A stretch of DNA of 64,000 nucleotides from Schizochytrium sp. TIO01. Taxonomy: Eukaryota; Protista; Bigyra: Labyrinthulomycetes. A program made the position numbers and the translations under genes. Below the pieces are notes generated by a model, which was not told the origin of the DNA, searched no databases, and saw only the letters and a program-made list of their open reading frames with translations. This document shows, one piece after another, positions 33,585 through 45,046 of the stretch. Each line of letters starts with the position of its first letter. The first letter of the stretch is position 1. Location of the stretch: contig SMSO01000037.1 of the NCBI GenBank assembly GCA_004764695.1, positions 3,262,747-3,326,746 on the forward strand, in the 5' to 3' direction.

Positions 33585-35604
33585 GTCTAAATACTGTAAA
33601 CAATATAATCAGATACGAGGATCATTCTAAGTCTTGCGCACTGTCTGAAGCCAAGGTCTCTTCGACTCATCTGTGCTTCATAATTGATTGTGTGTTTTTT
33701 ATTCGAACTAGCGCGGCATATATCATTCTTACTGTTCCTTCTTACTTTAGTCAATGCCATTTCAGCTTAATGTTCTATGCGTTATCTGTACGTTTTTCTC
33801 TTTCACTTTCTTTCTTTGTGTTTCCTAATAGGTCTTCTATATGTAATAAAAGTTGATTATAAAATGGTTCTAAGAAATCTTATGTTGGATTGTTAAGATA
33901 GCGTCTCAGAGTCAAAAGAATCAAGAGAGCAAGAAGAGACTGAAGTGATTACCACAAAGAATTAGCCCTGTTTATGGTATAACCATATCGACGGTGGTAG
34001 TAAGATAAACTCTTTACTATGACACGACGGTTTTGGAACAACTAAGCATAGTAGTCAGAATAAACCCTGCACCTTAGATGGTTGTTGAACGTTTTTGGGG
34101 GGGGGTTAAACAAATATTTTTTTGGCTGCAATTGGAGGACTCTTTCGCCATGACTTTGCCTTGAAGTTGTGTCGCTTTGCAATCACAACGGATGAGCTGT
34201 ATTCAGCTTATCAAATAGTATAGTTCATCGGACGCTACATTCTACATACATTCTTTATGAGCTCCTGAACATTAAGAAAGTCTTCAATTTGACCCTTCAA
34301 CAACTCAGAGTATGTTCTTTGAAGCACATCTTTAGTACTCAATACCATTTAGTACAACCCACGCATGGTGTAACGGTACTTTGTTTAACCTTGGCGGCTC
34401 TTCTCACTCTCATCAATTTTTATGACTATTATACGAAAGAAAGAAGTTCGTATAGAATTTAAGTTATTGATCTACTCGTTCGACAAAACTGAGATGTTGA
34501 CGGAGGAAGACGATGTAAAGCTCGGGGCTTGGTCTTATACGCTTCGTAACAGACTCGTTCCAACCTTGCTACAATAACAACCAGACCCGCGAATAAAGAT
34601 TCCTAAGTTGGTAGGTGTAAAGAATACAAGATGAGGCTTGGTGGATTTTAACGGATAGGGCTGCTTCTGCTAGTGGCGAAAACGAGTGTCCACACAACCC
34701 ATGTAGTACCAAGTCTTGGAGGCGGATCAGTCTCAATAGAAGCCCATGCTGAAATTGTTTTGTTAATTACACATGATTTGAGTGGACCTTTGCCGAGTGA
34801 CTATGATAGAAACTATTAAAATAAAAATTGAAATAAAGAAATAAAATAGAAGGACGGGGAGATTTTGCGGATTGAAAAATGTGGAAATAGAACGATGGTT
34901 TCACAAAGTAGGTTGGAAGCATGTACGACGCCATCGAGGGTATGGAACTGAGGCAAACGCCACAGGCTTGTGGCCGTTGTCCCATATAGCTAGAGATGTC
35001 GCGAGCGATAGTTTCGGCTATTGAGTAAGCTGAAGGACCGTGAAAGAATTCGTTACAGAGGCGCAATATCTTATAGATCCAAGTTGTTCGCCAGTACTAA
35101 AAGTGTTTAACTACAGCAGTTGTTGAACAACAGTTTCAATATGGGCGACACCCGCATCGTCGTCGTTAAATGATTGCCCAAAAGAGGAACAGAGCAAGAG
35201 GCCGCTCGATCTGTCATTTTTTCCGTCAGAGGTTTTGTTGTAGAAGTTTATCGCTGGGGTAGTATGATGTCGAGATTTTTGCCCTACTTCAACGGGGCAG
35301 AAATTACTCAAATTGGTGGAGTTTAGAATAAAATGAATGAATTGTGGCAACGATCTACTTTTGGAACGTGCCTAATTACTAAAAACCAACAAAGTTCCCC
35401 ACACAACCTTTATTGGAGTTTTTAAAATATTAGTGTTCATATGTAATCATTCAATCGTGCTTCTCTTTTAGGCTCAACCCTCCAATAAAACTTCATAAAT
35501 GAAAACCAGTAATAAGAAAACTTTAATGTCTTTTGATTTGAAGAAGATTAAATACGCTGCGTAAGAGAGCAATTCTCAAATTCCAAAGTTGGCTCGATTT
35601 TAAA

Positions 35605-38600
35605 ATGAGGTATCTGTACCGTTCGGTCTTTGCTTTTCTCACGATAAGTAGTGTTATCTGGCATACCTGTGGAGAGCGCCCCGTTCGATTGCTGGATTCT
35701 GGAGATCAGCCAATCTATCCCGGTTGCTCAGCAAGTTATGCCTTGCAATGCTCATTCAATAGCGTCCATCGACTTGTTGATACAGTGGGGAACGAATTAA
35801 GAGATTCTGCAAATGTTTCAGCTGTTTTAGAAGCTATAAATGATGGTGAAAGGAACTTGGCAGATACTAGTGGCTTTGTTCCGTATGTGCTGGAGACTTC
35901 CGGCATGACTTGTTTAGCAAATGGGAGGAATACATCCTACAACGGAGCAACTATGGCCACTATTGCAGAACAACTATCTATCGCCACTCTTCAAGATGAT
36001 TTAGATGATCTAATTTTTGACGCCGCCCAAGAATCTGCAGATGGGTGGTTCAGCTTTATTTTTACATCAGTTGATTTACCGTCTTCCCCTATTGCTCATC
36101 ATGGGTATGCCTTGCAAGTTAATACTACAGAAGGAAGTTACATTGTTCTTGCATCATTTGCTAAGCGACAGCTCCCACGTGAAATTTCAGATGTTTGCAC
36201 AGTTGAGGTGAACCGTCTTTGTGCAATTACTAATGCAAGATCGTTTATTGGAGCTGCTTTGTCTCGTGCTTTTGACATCAAAGATCAGGAACAACTTACC
36301 CAATTTCTTAATGAGATATCATATCCAATTGATACTACTTTTGCTGAGGGTGAATGGGAAATGGACGCTTGGGAAGTTGATGCGCCTCGACGTCTGCTAG
36401 CATCTTTAAATCACTTTCTCATTGGACTTACTCACTACCAGCTAACATACTTGTTCGACCAGGACAAATCGAACGGCACGGCTATGCATCTCGAAATGCG
36501 AAAGGTTGTGCTTGAGGGAGGTGGATGGTCAGGTTATAATTTTGTCGACTCTGAAGGGAATGAGGCGCATAAAATCACATTAATTTCAGGTTTCCAACTC
36601 TTTGATGTCAACTATCTCATTAGCGTAGGCTTTACGCATTCACGAGACGACGTAGCTGAAGCGGCACTCTGTGAACTCTGTTCGGCCAGAAAAAATGCCC
36701 CTTGCTCAATATACAACACCATGACTCTACTAGCACACGCTCATGTAGAGCTGTTGAGAACTGCATCTTTCGAATCCATTCTTGAAAACTTGCGAACAAA
36801 AAGTGAATTTTATATGGATGGAGGATTCGGTGTTGCTCTCATAGATTATGATCAAAATGTAGTGATCGACACACTTAATTCCACAAATGGCTCAATATGT
36901 AGTATTGAAGATAGTTTTGCTGCACGGCATGTTCGTACTACTTTAATCAATCAAACACATTCGCTTCTTATTGAAGCTGCGAACGCTGGAGTAGACTGGA
37001 TCGCGCTTCCAGGGACTGAGGGCTACGCAGATTTTATAGTCTTAGTATCAAAAATCATTCGAGACGAAAGAAGCTTTTACCTGTTCGGTGGGTTTGCGAA
37101 TGAACAGGCGGAAACTAAGATGCCCTGTTCAGCCGAATATGATGATGCCTGTTCAGACAACAACGTTAGAGCTCTTGTCGGAAACCTTGCTACAGATATG
37201 CTTCTTGCGCGTTCTGAGGACGATCTGCAGGCTATTTTTGACGAGATTAACCAGGGTGGGGGCTTTGAAGCCACGTATCAAGTGAATCCAAATTTTTATC
37301 CTATTGTCCTTGACGAGGACTTCAACATGGTTGCATACGGTGATAAAGAAACCCGGGGTGATTGGAATATGGATGATCCTAGTTCGTTCCTCGCCTTTGT
37401 CAATCAGGAACTCTCAATATCTTCTCTTGGGGAAGAATTTCTTAGTGAGATCCGAAATGCAGCATTGCAGGTAGGCGGAGGGTATGTAAACTCCACATGG
37501 ATTAACGCGGTTGAAGGTACTACTGAAGTCCGAAACATCTTCTGTTTTGCGGTAAGATTTCAAACGTCAACTGGTGCGTATAAAGCTTACTTCGTGCTTA
37601 GTATGTTCATAAAGAATCCTGAAGCCCCTGTTTGCATGATGGGTGGAGATTCCGATTGCCCTTCAAACGCCTACTGTGTTTCTGGAGACCATGGTATAAA
37701 GCGCTGCGAATGTAGCTTTTACTATGATTCCAGCTATGAAGTAGTTGACACGAATACATGTAGTGAGTCTTTGACGAGGAATACATCTATGTCATGTTTT
37801 GTTGATGAGTCAAAATCTGGAATGAAAACGGTGAAGTTGATTGGTTTTGGACTAAGTATCATCAATTACTCACTTGCTGGTATCTGCATCATTTGGACTT
37901 TCATCATGCGTCGCCATGCAATTGTCAAAGCATCACAGCCACAATTACTCGTGTTAGTTGCAATCGGAACCTTAGTATCGACAACAGCAATCATTTACCT
38001 CATAACGGATGACAGTGAAGGCCAGCGTGCAGGAGATGGGTTGAATGAAGCTGCGAACTGGGCATGTATGGCTCAGCCTTGGTTCTACGGTCTTGGTTTC
38101 GCAATAACATATTGCTCAATGATTGTGAAATTGCAGAGGATTTCAAGGGTCTTTAAAAGCGCCGCACAAATGAAACGGAAAGTCAAAGGTGTTTCTCTGA
38201 AAATAACCTTGGTATATTTGATTGCACTTTTAGCTGTCGAAGCCTCCGTCCTCATCGCTTGGACCGCCCTTGACCCTCTAAAGTTTGTACGACCAGATGA
38301 GGATCCTATTAATGGATCATGCCAGAGTGACCTTGCATCAAATTTTGTGATTACAATAGCAGTTTATCACTTGGCCCTCCTCATTTACGGTGCTTATCTA
38401 AGTTATAAATGTCGCAAGGTAAATGGCGTTTTCGCTGAATCGAAGTATCTAAGTCTTGCAATGATCAGCAACTTACAAGTGCTGCTGCTAGCATTGCCTG
38501 TAACGGTGCTGACAGCTGATGATACTGAAACATCCATGTTTATTCGCTCGATAGCAGTATTCTTGAATGACTTTTCGACAACCTCGCTAATCTTTCTCCC

Positions 38601-38781
38601 TAAAATGTACTTTTGTATTTATGGACCTCCAGAATCCTCTGGAATTGGAACCAACGTGATTGGGAAACGAAACAAAGCCTATACAACGACCAGTCAGGTT
38701 AGTACTGCAGAAGCAGGGCCATCCACAGTTCATCCCACAAATTCTTCGATTGTTGTTTCATCTTACCATAGCGCAAAATAA
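35605..38781 (+). CDS. Class C (GABA-B-like, 7tm_3) GPCR with four sCache-like repeats and an EGF-like module (paralog 2)
   Basis: Colinear with paralog 1 over its whole length (1058 vs 1054 aa). Long 7TM stretches are identical (ANWACMAQPWFYGLGF, KYLSLAMISNLQVLLLALPV, IAVFLNDFSTT). Confidence 0.9.
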   Translation: MRYLYRSVFAFLTISSVIWHTCGERPVRLLDSGDQPIYPGCSASYALQCSFNSVHRLVDTVGNELRDSANVSAVLEAINDGERNLADTSGFVPYVLETSGMTCLANGRNTSYNGATMATIAEQLSIATLQDDLDDLIFDAAQESADGWFSFIFTSVDLPSSPIAHHGYALQVNTTEGSYIVLASFAKRQLPREISDVCTVEVNRLCAITNARSFIGAALSRAFDIKDQEQLTQFLNEISYPIDTTFAEGEWEMDAWEVDAPRRLLASLNHFLIGLTHYQLTYLFDQDKSNGTAMHLEMRKVVLEGGGWSGYNFVDSEGNEAHKITLISGFQLFDVNYLISVGFTHSRDDVAEAALCELCSARKNAPCSIYNTMTLLAHAHVELLRTASFESILENLRTKSEFYMDGGFGVALIDYDQNVVIDTLNSTNGSICSIEDSFAARHVRTTLINQTHSLLIEAANAGVDWIALPGTEGYADFIVLVSKIIRDERSFYLFGGFANEQAETKMPCSAEYDDACSDNNVRALVGNLATDMLLARSEDDLQAIFDEINQGGGFEATYQVNPNFYPIVLDEDFNMVAYGDKETRGDWNMDDPSSFLAFVNQELSISSLGEEFLSEIRNAALQVGGGYVNSTWINAVEGTTEVRNIFCFAVRFQTSTGAYKAYFVLSMFIKNPEAPVCMMGGDSDCPSNAYCVSGDHGIKRCECSFYYDSSYEVVDTNTCSESLTRNTSMSCFVDESKSGMKTVKLIGFGLSIINYSLAGICIIWTFIMRRHAIVKASQPQLLVLVAIGTLVSTTAIIYLITDDSEGQRAGDGLNEAANWACMAQPWFYGLGFAITYCSMIVKLQRISRVFKSAAQMKRKVKGVSLKITLVYLIALLAVEASVLIAWTALDPLKFVRPDEDPINGSCQSDLASNFVITIAVYHLALLIYGAYLSYKCRKVNGVFAESKYLSLAMISNLQVLLLALPVTVLTADDTETSMFIRSIAVFLNDFSTTSLIFLPKMYFCIYGPPESSGIGTNVIGKRNKAYTTTSQVSTAEAGPSTVHPTNSSIVVSSYHSAK

Positions 38782-39401
38782 TCTATGCGTGTACTATTTG
38801 TGTGGTATTGCCCAACTTATGTTCTAGCCATGATATAAGATTAAAAAATATAAGCCAATTTGTGTACGCCATAAGCAGCATATTGGACAGCGTTTCATCC
38901 TGCGCTCTAAGAATGTAGCAAGCTTTTTCAAACTTCCCGTCGTCGTATTTCTGGTAATTGACTTGTGGGAAGATCACCATAAGTCACTCAGGCGCCCTTG
39001 AGGGCTTGTTTTCATTAATCGCGATGCAAGCAGAACCCCTCACTATCTGCAGTGCTAAAAGCGTTTTCCTAACATTCAGAAGGCACTATTCAAAAGATTA
39101 TGCTTGCGGGTTCTGCTAGAGAGAAACAAAGTTTAAGAATTCATTTTCTTCCCTCTTGCCAAAACTTTCTTATGTTTACTTTACACTAAGAGAGTTGAGA
39201 TATATTCCTTATTCATACCACTTTTATTTTTATCTATAGTCTCAAGACTCTTCTCATTCTCATCAAGGGGAGAGGGTGGCTGTTAAAAGATGTGCTCACG
39301 AGTATCGAAAGTCGTTGTTATATAAAATTCATACTACTCATGGCAGTCTGTTTCCTTAAAACTTGCTCTTCTTAAAAATGTCTAATTATACAGGAAATCT
39401 A

Positions 39402-39446
39402 TAGTTTTTTTAGTTTTTTTTAGTTTTTTTAGTTTTTAGTTTTTTT
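39402..39446. repeat. Degenerate (TAGTTTTTTT)n low-complexity repeat
   Basis: About five units of AG followed by T5-T8. Confidence 0.8.
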
Positions 39447-40920
39447 CAGTAAAAGTATAATTTATCGTAGATTTGCCTGATGGAAGGCCAATTGAGCGCT
39501 TGGCGACGACTGCGGCCAACGTACTAGTACCATACCGCACCAGATCGCCGCAGTTCATATGGGACCGAAGCAAATTTAGCTGGTGGTAAGGGAATGATAA
39601 TAGCCTGCACATTCTCCTAATTAGGCTGCAAAAACAAAATACGGCTTCTATATTGATTGATATTTTAAATGCAGTGCTGCTGGGTCTCTTCATTCAGTCA
39701 TTTCAGAGTCTCTTGCGACGACTGCATTTGCCGCGAAATGACAAAAGGTTTGCAAAGGAGAGAAATCCGCACTTTTCTTGACAATTCATGGCTCTAGGGC
39801 TTTAGTAGCTATACCTCTGTTTGATCATCTTGATATCTCTCCATATGTAAGAAAGGTCAATCTGCATTCGGCGGTGGCGGTTCTAAAGAATTGTCATGCG
39901 CAATAAACGTCCTCATCTTCCTTCAACAAATAGCTGCGCCACAATCAATTTCTCGGCTTTAATCATTTTTCGCATGCTCCCAGCAGCGTCTGCGCGTTGC
40001 TCAACAACTCTTTGCATTGATAGAGTCCCCTTCAATAGCATAGTTTCTTTTAGCTTCTATTAATGAGCAGAGGCAATTTCAATTTTTTTGTTTGCTATTA
40101 GATACAAATTAGATTACTGCTTTTACCAGGACAAATTTTTTAGAAGGATGCGAGCAGGGTTGGAATTTCCATGAATTGTTTTGACTAACCTGTGTCCCAC
40201 GGAAAGAATTGCAAACCACTAGATACTTGCAACATTTTTTAAAGGACGGTTAATGGTAAATCACGGCTCAGTTGCGCAGAACTATCGAGCCCTGTACAAA
40301 AGAAAGCCAGTATATTTTTCGGGCTGACAGTGCAGAAGTCTGAAACCTTCAAATAGTTAAGTACAAGATGTAGATGGTGTGCCTGGAAGTAATCGAATCC
40401 CACAAAACTCTCAGCGCTACATTAAGTCAGCGAAAATTGTCTTCTCTTCAGGACAGGCAGATGGAACGGTTAAGATTAATGAATTTCGAAGTTCAAATAA
40501 TCTTTGCAGGGGTTTAGATGCGTACTGATATACAGTTGCAATCACTTGCGACTGATTGCTTACAAGAGAGTAAATGAATGAGTCCTATGATGTAAGAGAA
40601 AAGAAAAAACTTGCTGCAGAATACCCGAATACATCGAGAACTCATGATTACAATTTAACAAGTATTTCTGAAAATAAGTTTGGCTTTCCTTTCTAGGATG
40701 CATTCATGAATGCACAATGTATCGAGATGATATAAATTTGAAATTATCCAGTACGGTAAATATCGTGGTCCAGATTGACAGATCGTAAGCGATAAGTTTT
40801 GTGGGATGGAGTGTCTTGATAAATCTGCCTTGGCACCTGAAAAATGGTTTGCATTTTCTTCATGTATATGTGTTCTTCTTTGTAGGCATGGTACAACTTG
40901 CAATGCAATAGGATGTTTCT

Positions 40921-41340
40921 TTACAATTTCGCAGACCGAATAAATGTCAATGATGTGAAGATCATAAGAATAACTTCTACGGCAACGAATGCCATTCCCA
41001 TGGCATTTAATATCCGGTCCATCCTAAGTACGTATGTTTGTAATTGGAAATAGAACAAATGGATAAGTAAAACTCCAACCGACAGCACGAAGGACCAAAC
41101 AAAAGGAGAAGCTTCTTCAGTTTTGTTTCCTTTGGAAGCCTGAAAAACCCGGGCTTTTTCGAGCGCTGCATATATAACTAAAAAAACAACCTCCATACCC
41201 AAGACGCCATTTGGATAGAGGAAATTGTCGGCTTTGTATGCAAAACTCAAGGCCTCAAGGATTATAAAAAGTACAGCAAATGATCCATTGAAGAAAAGGA
41301 GGATTTGAAGAGGCAATGAAGATAGAATTTGGTCACCCAT
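40921..41340 (-). CDS. TMEM216: Ciliary transition-zone membrane protein, TMEM216/TMEM17/TMEM80 family
   Basis: About 139 aa with 4 TM helices. ILSSLPLQILLFFN, YP...LGMEV, ASKGNKTEE and LQTYVLRMDRILN are Transmemb_17 motifs. The exact paralog and 5' end are uncertain. Confidence 0.85.
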   Translation of the reverse strand: MGDQILSSLPLQILLFFNGSFAVLFIILEALSFAYKADNFLYPNGVLGMEVVFLVIYAALEKARVFQASKGNKTEEASPFVWSFVLSVGVLLIHLFYFQLQTYVLRMDRILNAMGMAFVAVEVILMIFTSLTFIRSAKL

Positions 41341-42609
41341 CCTTTGATATATCTCAAATTGGTACAAACAGTAACAAGCGTTTACACCTGAAGTATATCC
41401 TGCTGCTTGATATCAACACTAAAGAATCCTGCGCGACAGTATTCTACTGCAAATGATTCTAGCTTCTACTCACAACTGGGGGAAGGGTCTTTGTTGTTGT
41501 TGCTCCAGTCTTCGTTTCTCCAAAAAGGCAAGGTAAGATCAAGCAGAAATTCTTCCCGAGAACCAGCTGTGCTGTCGTCTCCTTGGGCTTTGCGCTATCT
41601 TCAGCCAGCTCAATACGACACAGAGAGATCGTATTCTCCTTGCTAGCCCGCTGAGGGTTTCTGGGCTTGCCCTTCTCGCTGGCAGAGCAAACGTTTGCAA
41701 AGCTAGTACCCGAAGACAGATTGAAAACGGCAGGGCTTAACGGCCCTTTAATAATGGCGGTATTTCTTTTTTCTTTTCTTTTCTTTTTCTCTTTCTTTTT
41801 GTTTCCACACTGTGTCTGTATGTATAACAATAAGGAGATGAAGGCCTATCATAGATAACAAACATCGATTCCAATCCACTATGGCCCTGGCTAACCCCCT
41901 TAGTCTCAGTTTAAAGAGCATTCTATTTGCGAAAGGGGCATTCGTGCGACCTCTCTTTTGTTCCGCTTACCTGGATTTATAAAAATGTGTCACTGGCACA
42001 ACAGAACAGATGTCGCGATTAAGAGATAGCATTGTTGTATTTTTGTGTTCGAGCTTTATTTCCAGAGTAGAAGACTAGAATTTCGTCCATTCTAACTAGT
42101 TGACGCCAATTAAAGCCGAAATAAATCATAGGTAAATCACAAAATTGAAAAGAAGGAGAGACTAAAAAAAGCCATAGCTTCTCCGTGAATTAAAAATTTG
42201 TTGAAGAGAAATAGCAAGTATGAAGTGGAGGGCACAACTTAACGCAAGCATACCAATAAGCAGGCAGACTTTACGAAAATCACATTGATTAGTTGAGAGA
42301 TAAGGCTAGAAGATAGATTGTTCCTGTGAAGTATGAATCTCAACGTAGCAAAAATATACTAAAATTGAAGCCTTGAATCCCGTTTTCTGAGACGTTATAG
42401 CGATAAATAAGCAATTTTTGAATCCGGACATAAAGCGCTAGTTTATGATATATTAGGATTAAAATCGAATGTAAGAATTCATGAATATATAGTCGCATAG
42501 AACGAAAGAAACTTTGGGCTGGTTTTGATGTGCCAAATCTCTTAGGATCGAGGTCCGTGACGAGGACTCCTTTCAACAACAACAACATACAGCATCACTT
42601 TCAGTGGAT

Positions 42610-44043
42610 TCATTCTTCAATTGCATCAACTCCTTTCTCTTGCGCTGAAGTCATAGCAGACTTCAACATGAATGCTCGTGTGCGTTGGGCAACGTTATCA
42701 CGAACATTTGCATAGAAGAAATTGAGGTCATAAGGGTGGTGGTTTAAACCAGGAAACGTTGCAAAGTGCCACGCTGGCCAGACATACCACCCAGCCCCGA
42801 ATCTACGAGGTGGTGTAATATACAGCGCTCCCATCTCACATTCAGCGTCGCTGATGCTTGGTGAGAGCTCAGGGAGAGCAATGCGATTAACAGACGTTCG
42901 CACCCCCGTAATGTAGAGCCACATGGTCCATGGATGCATCAGATCCAAGCCACCCTTGTTCTCTTCAAAACCTGCGTAGCCACCCTCGTCTTTCCAGTTC
43001 AGTGGATTAACACAGATGGGACGATCCGTAGTGCTCGGGGCCTCAACGTGCAGAAAGGCCGTAGGATCTCCACCTTTTGCAAAGGTACGCCACGAAATTA
43101 CACAGCCAAGCATTTCTGGATGGTCACAAACGCGGACACCGTGGTATCTATCGGGGTTTTTATCATACTTCTCGCGGAAGATGCTCCAGCCCGGGAGATA
43201 CGCTGCAATGAGGAAATCTTGTAATGGCTTACCTTCGAAGAACTCAAGTATAAGTTTTTCGCCCAACAAACTTCCTTGCGAATGGCCTGTTATGATAATT
43301 CCCCGTTTTCCATCCCAATGGTGTTCTAAATAATAGCGAAACGCATTGCTTACATCCTCAAAAGCCACATGTAGAGATTTGTTCGCATTCAAGTTTGCAA
43401 AGCCATCTTCTTGCAAGAAAGAACCAGCGGACATTTGGCGGTATCGAGGGGCAAAGACACGACCAACAATGTTAAAGGTGTTTGCCTGTTGTGGTCCGAT
43501 TGCATCATCACTCAAATAAACTGTCACAGGGTGTCTCACAGGTGCGTTCCAGCTCGCTGAGGTGTACCAAGTTGTTGGGTGGAGATAGAAGACATCAGCT
43601 GCACCGCAGAGCTGAGCATCGTTGCAGGTCTGTACACCAGGAGGGACGAGGTCACTGGTATCTCCTCGTCCTGGAAGCATCGACCAATTATCATCATCAC
43701 TGTAGTCTGTTGAAGGACCTTGGTCATAGTCTTCGAAATCTCCAATAGGTGTAAAAATATATCTACCTGCAGCGCGTACAATCTCAGTTTCCACCCACAG
43801 TGGCAGAAAGTCGTTTAGAAGTAAAAGCTTCAGATGAATGATGGGTGCCAGGACTGGACTTACAAATGAAGCCACCACAATAACTAGAACTGCGAGCTGG
43901 TCGCCATGCCCATGCCCATCATATGCTACACGGGCTATCTCCACGACAGCTGGTATCGCTAGTGCAAGGACTAAAGCTAGAAGCCCACACCTTTTGCAGC
44001 CCCATCCGTACCTCGGGCTTTTCGCTAAGCTCGGTTTCTCCAT
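42610..44043 (-). CDS. DUF3089-family alpha/beta hydrolase with N-terminal membrane anchors
   Basis: ADVFYLHPTT, VFAPRYRQ, nucleophile elbow GHSQGS, AAYLPGW, CVISWRTF, CVNPLNW and HPYDLNFFYANVRDN. Two hydrophobic helices in the first 80 aa. Confidence 0.85.
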   Translation of the reverse strand: MEKPSLAKSPRYGWGCKRCGLLALVLALAIPAVVEIARVAYDGHGHGDQLAVLVIVVASFVSPVLAPIIHLKLLLLNDFLPLWVETEIVRAAGRYIFTPIGDFEDYDQGPSTDYSDDDNWSMLPGRGDTSDLVPPGVQTCNDAQLCGAADVFYLHPTTWYTSASWNAPVRHPVTVYLSDDAIGPQQANTFNIVGRVFAPRYRQMSAGSFLQEDGFANLNANKSLHVAFEDVSNAFRYYLEHHWDGKRGIIITGHSQGSLLGEKLILEFFEGKPLQDFLIAAYLPGWSIFREKYDKNPDRYHGVRVCDHPEMLGCVISWRTFAKGGDPTAFLHVEAPSTTDRPICVNPLNWKDEGGYAGFEENKGGLDLMHPWTMWLYITGVRTSVNRIALPELSPSISDAECEMGALYITPPRRFGAGWYVWPAWHFATFPGLNHHPYDLNFFYANVRDNVAQRTRAFMLKSAMTSAQEKGVDAIEE

Positions 44044-45046
44044 CGTTCCTCAAGATCTGTCTTTGTCAGTTGAGAAAGTGGTCGGATGAAGCTACAGAGT
44101 CAAACTTTGCCTACTCTACCTAATCGATCAAAGCGGGCTTACCTCCCCATATTTGCCACAATCCTCATCATCGATGATCCATCATCAATCATCATGACCA
44201 TTATCATCGTCATTGTAGTAGCGCAAATATATACACACGTATAACTTATCTGGCCCAACTGATCCGGGTTTCTCTAATAGCCCATTTAGCAATCATACTC
44301 CAGTTCCATAACTAAGCGCCGTTGATAGCTTCATTAAAGAACTCGTTCTTTCAACATGATAAGCAATATGTAATGCACGTTGTCGTGCAATATATCGCTT
44401 GGGCTTTGTTTTTCAACGATACCAACTGTAAGGGACAGACATAAATCGTCCGCGCCCTGATTAGAAGATAATAGTGGCACCACAAAGACCGAAGATGGAG
44501 AATTTATCTCTAGTAAGCCGTAGAGTGTCCTAACGCTAAGGAGAGATTGGGGTTCTACAGTTCCTGGTAGATGGTGAGTATGATAAAGAGAGCAGAGCGT
44601 CCAGCACCACCCATCATCAAAGGACATGAATGGCATGAGACAAAGCCAATCAATTGATCAATTGGTCAATCGCCGAGTGCAAAAGCGCTCAAGGAGCTAG
44701 CTGGCGGGCTGTGGAGGCTGGCTTGCGAACAGTTCTTGATTGTCAGACCTGTGCCGGTTTGTTGTGGCTAGTGGCAGGTTTGACTTGCAGCCTGTCGCCA
44801 CTGGTTGCAATTCTTGGCCATTCGAGCAAACTAAGAATACAGACAGACCTTGGTTGGCTGGTGTGGCTACGCCATTCCAATCAAATCTGATTTATCTACA
44901 AAACCAAACGAGACAAAACAGGTTCACTCCGTCAAAACATTATACATATCATCAATCAGTAACGAGCTTGTCTCGAGGCATTTTACTGGTGTTCAAGCGA
45001 CTTGGTCGTTTTCGTTTGGGAAAGGCCGCGAGCAGCAAAAAACAAG

